64,000 nucleotides of DNA, taken from assembly GCA_038087875.1 (NCBI GenBank), contig CM075989.1, positions 21,516,001 through 21,580,000 on the forward strand, in the 5' to 3' direction. A model generated the notes under the pieces. That model was given only the letters and a program-made list of their open reading frames with translations. It was not told the origin of the DNA and ran no database searches. This DNA is from Malacoraja senta (taxonomy: Eukaryota). Positions 60,648 to 64,000 of the stretch are shown piece after piece (position 1 is the stretch's first letter; every line of letters starts with the position of its first letter). The position numbers were made by a program, and so were the translations under genes.

Positions 60648-61115
60648 GGGTGGTACAATGGCATAGTGGTAGAGTGGCTGCCTTAAGGGCCTGTCCCACT
60701 GTCCAAGGTAATTCATGAGTTCTCCCGAGTTTCCCTGATTCGAACTCGGAGAATTACAGTAATGGCCGCCCGTAGGTACTCGGGGCTCTCGTGGACATTT
60801 TTCAACATGTTGGAAAATCTTCACGAGCTTACCGCACGTTTCCCGAGTACCTGCCGTTAGTGTTACGAGCCGCTAAGAGACGTCCCGAGCTCCGACGTAC
60901 CCACTTGAATTACCTCGTACAGTGGGACAGGCCCTTTACAGCGTCAGCGACCCAGGTTCTATCCTGACTACGAGTGCTCTCTATACGGAGTTAGTACTTT
61001 CTTTCTGTGACCGCGTGGGTTTTCCCCAGGTGCCTCAGTTTCCTCCCACACTCCAAAGACATACAGGTTTGTAGGTAAACTGGTTTCTGTAAATTGTCCC
61101 TAAAGTTGTAGGACA
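60648..61115 (+). mobile_element. V-SINE interrupted by a MITE
   Basis: gctgccTTA[MITE]TTAcagcg. Confidence 0.82.
60686..60935. mobile_element. PIF/Harbinger-type MITE
   Basis: TIRs AGGGCCTGTCCCACTGT / ACAGTGGGACAGGCCCT; exact TSD TTA at 60683-60685 and 60936-60938. Confidence 0.9.
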
Positions 61116-61134
61116 ACTTGTTCTATTTGATCTT

Positions 61135-62250
61135 ACATAGATAGATACATAGAAAATAGGTGCAGGAGTAGGCCATTCGGCCCTTCGAGCCTGCACCGCC
61201 ATTCAATATGATCATGGCTGATCATCCAACTCAGTATCCCGTACCTGCCTTCTCTCCATACCCCCTGATCCCTTTAGCCACAAGGGCCACATCTAACTCC
61301 CTCTTAAATATAGCCAATGAACTGGCCTCAACTACCCTCTGTGGCAGAGAGTTCCAGAGATTCACCACTCTCTGTGTGAAAAAGTTTTTCCTCATCTCGG
61401 TCTTAAAGGATTTCCCCCTTATCCTTAAGCTGTGACCCCTTGTCCTGGACTTCCCCAACATCGGGAACAATCTTCCTGCATCTAGCCTGTCCAACCCCAT
61501 AAGAATTGTGTACGTTTCTATAAGATCCCCTCTCAATCTCCTAAATTCTAGCGAGTATAAGCCAAGTCTATCCAGTCTTTCTTCATATGAAAGTCCTGAC
61601 ATCCCAGGAATCAGTCTGGTGAACCTTCTCTGCACTCCCTCTATGGCTATAATGTCCTTCCTCAGATTTGGAGACCAAAACTGTACGCAATACTCCAGGT
61701 GTGGTCTCACCAAGACCCTGTACAACTGCAGTAGAACCTCCCTGCTCCTATACTCAAATCCTCTTGCTATGAAGGCCAACATACCATTCGCTTTCTTCAC
61801 TGCCTGCTGCACCTGCATGCCTACTTTCAATGACTGGTGTACCATGACACCCAGGTCTCGCTGCATCTCCCCATTTCCTAATCGGCCACCATTTAGATAA
61901 TAGTCTGCCTTCCCGTTTTTGCCACCAAAGTGGATAACCTCACATTTATCCACATTATACTGCATCTGCCAAACATTTGCCCACTCACCCAGCCTATCCA
62001 AGTCACCTTGCAGTCTCCTAGCATCCTCCTCACAGCTAACACTGCCCCCCAGCTTAGTGTCATCTGCAAACTTGGAGATGTTTCTTTCAATTCCCTCGTC
62101 CAGATCATTAATATAAATTGTAAATAGCTGGGGTCCCAGCACTGAGCCTTGCGGTACCCCACTAGTCACTGCCTGCCATTGTGAAAAGGACCCGTTTACT
62201 CCTACTTTTTGCTTCCTGTTTGCCAGCCAGTTCTCTATCCACATCAATAC
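61135..62250 (-). mobile_element. Young 5'-truncated CR1-like LINE with open RT frame (61231-62250)
   Basis: WIENWLANRKQKV..GVPQGSVLGP..FADDTKL..YNVDKCEVIHFG..RDLGV..RPHLEYCVQFWSP with no stops; intact 3' UTR. Confidence 0.95.
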
Positions 62251-62354
62251 TGATTTGATCATATTTGATTGTGCACACCAGGTTGATTGCATTCGTCGAA
62301 ACAGGACAGACCACGTGAAGGTTGCAATCTTCCACCCCTGGGACAGGCCCTTTC

Positions 62355-62628
62355 CAGCGAATGCTGGTGCTGTCTGTACGGAGTTTGTACGTTCTCTCCC
62401 GTGACCTGCGTGGGTTTTCTCCCAGATCTTCGGTTTCCTCCCACACTCCAAAGACGTACAGGTATGAAGGTTAATTGGCTGGGTAAATGTAAAAATTGTC
62501 CCTAGTGGGTATAGGACAGTGTTGATGTGCAGGGATCGCTGGTCGGCGCGGACCCGGTGGGCTGAAAGGGCCTGTTTCTGCGCTGTATCTCTAAACTAAA
62601 CTAAAACTAAAAACTAAACTCAACTAAA
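62355..62628 (+). mobile_element. V-SINE, 5'-truncated
   Basis: V-domain and (ctaaa)n tail. Confidence 0.85.
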
Positions 62629-63002
62629 CCATGCTTTATTGGTATTGCAGATTCGATTCAATCCTTGGTAAGTTGTAAAATTGTTCCTAGTGTGTAGGAT
62701 AGTGTTCATTCAGGGTGAGCATTGGTCGCAGCGGGATCAATGGGCCAGGGGGTCTGTTTGCATCCTGTACCGCTAAAGTCTAATGGTTAGGAGGCTTGCA
62801 GTACCCTGGGGCTTGCCTGGAATGGGGAGTGCTCATAAGAACTGGGCGATAAGAAAAACATGGCTCCCATTGCATGCGGGATCAGCTGGCTATTTCTGTA
62901 CACTTTGCTGAAGTTTGGCAATACGCCACTGACTGTAAGAAATTAATTTCACAGTACGTTTGGAGATAGGAGAGTCTTGGACAAAATAAAAGTGTGACAA
63001 AT

Positions 63003-63295
63003 CACACCTCCAGATTCAGGGACAGTTACTTCCCAACTGTTAATCATCCTACCACACGCAGAGAGCAGTGCTGAACTACTATCTACCTCTTCGGTGACCC
63101 TCGGACTATTCTTGATCGGACTTGGCAGGTTTTACCTTGCGTGAAACATTATTCCCTTATCATGTATCCATACACTGTAAATGGCTTGATTTGTGATCAT
63201 GCATTGTCTTTCTGCTGACTGGTTAGCGAGCAACAACAGCTTTTCCCTGTACCTCGGTACACGTGACAATAAACTAAACTGAAGTGAAACTGAAA
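63003..63295 (+). mobile_element. Rex1/Babar-like LINE 3' end
   Basis: cagattcagggacagttacttcccaactgtt = RFRDSYFPTV; UTR matches 47855-48098. Confidence 0.72.
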
Positions 63296-63604
63296 ACATT
63301 GTTCTATCAGTGCACTCACAACAAGGACATTGTTTCAGTGTTCATCAATATGAGAATTGCCTGAATTTTCTTTGTCCTGTTTACATCTGGTTAATGGTTC
63401 TGCATACATTGCAGCGAAGGTCTGGTCTGGGTTAGAGTTTCTTCCAATAAATTCTTCCAATCTAATGTTATTACCATTGTACCAAGAGCTCCATGATCAC
63501 TGTTATTAAAGAAACAGCGTTGATGTCTCTCTCTCTCTCTCTCTCTCCCTCACTTCTTTCCTTAACTTCAGCCATTACCTGGTGACCAGTGATGGAAACT
63601 TCGA

Positions 63605-64000
63605 GGAGTCCGTACGGAGTTTTACATTCCTTCTGTGACCACGTGGGTTTTCCCCGGGTGCTCCAGTTTCCTCCCACACTCCAAAGACGTACAGGTTTGT
63701 AGTTTAATTGGCTTCTGTATATTGTAAATTGTCCCTAGTGTGTAGGATAGTGTTAGTTTAGTTTGTTTATTTGCTCAGAGATACAGCACGGAAACAAGCA
63801 CTTCGGCCCACCGAGTCCGCACCGACCAGCGATCCCCGCACATTAACACCATCCTACACACACTAAGGACAATTTACACTTATACCAAGCCAATTAACCT
63901 ACAAACCTGTACGTCTTTCGAGTGTGGGAGGAAACCGAAGATCTCGGAGAAAACCCACGCGGGTCACAGGGAGAACGCACAAACTCCATACAGACAGCAC
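63605..64000. mobile_element. Tail-to-tail V-SINE pieces (+ 63605-63755, - 63755-64000, runs off the window)
   Basis: SINE motifs. Confidence 0.82.

Noticed and set aside
61231..62451. 406-aa ORF as a gene
   Set aside because: The first ~65 residues are read-through from antisense SINE and other repeat sequence; only 61231-62250 is a truncated CR1 RT

Overview
This is repeat-dominated, non-coding vertebrate DNA. The repeat content points to a cartilaginous fish, probably a skate or ray (inference). No host protein-coding gene, rRNA, true tRNA or CRISPR array can be supported. The window is a nested mosaic of seven element types. (1) About 40 tRNA-derived V-SINE (HE1-like) copies and fragments. 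(2) Many 5'-truncated CR1/HER1-like LINE pieces, one with an intact ~340-codon RT frame at 61231-62250. (3) About 30 short fold-back elements that are 3' ends of a Penelope-like element: two copies keep the GIY-YIG C-terminus, most carry a minimal hammerhead-ribozyme motif (CUGAAGA-stem II-GAAACGUC/U), and several have 11-15 bp TSDs. (4) A 1.3 kb composite non-autonomous Helitron at 1993-3287. (5) Six PIF/Harbinger-type MITEs sharing one TIR. (6) A 405 bp MITE with an 8 bp TSD and an internal 29 bp perfect hairpin. (7) Tx1, L2 and Rex1/Babar LINE fragments. There are also local oddities: an AT-rich palindrome, a minisatellite born inside a SINE, a templated 40 bp insertion and a local duplication. 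Repeat boundaries are read by eye and approximate unless TSDs are quoted.
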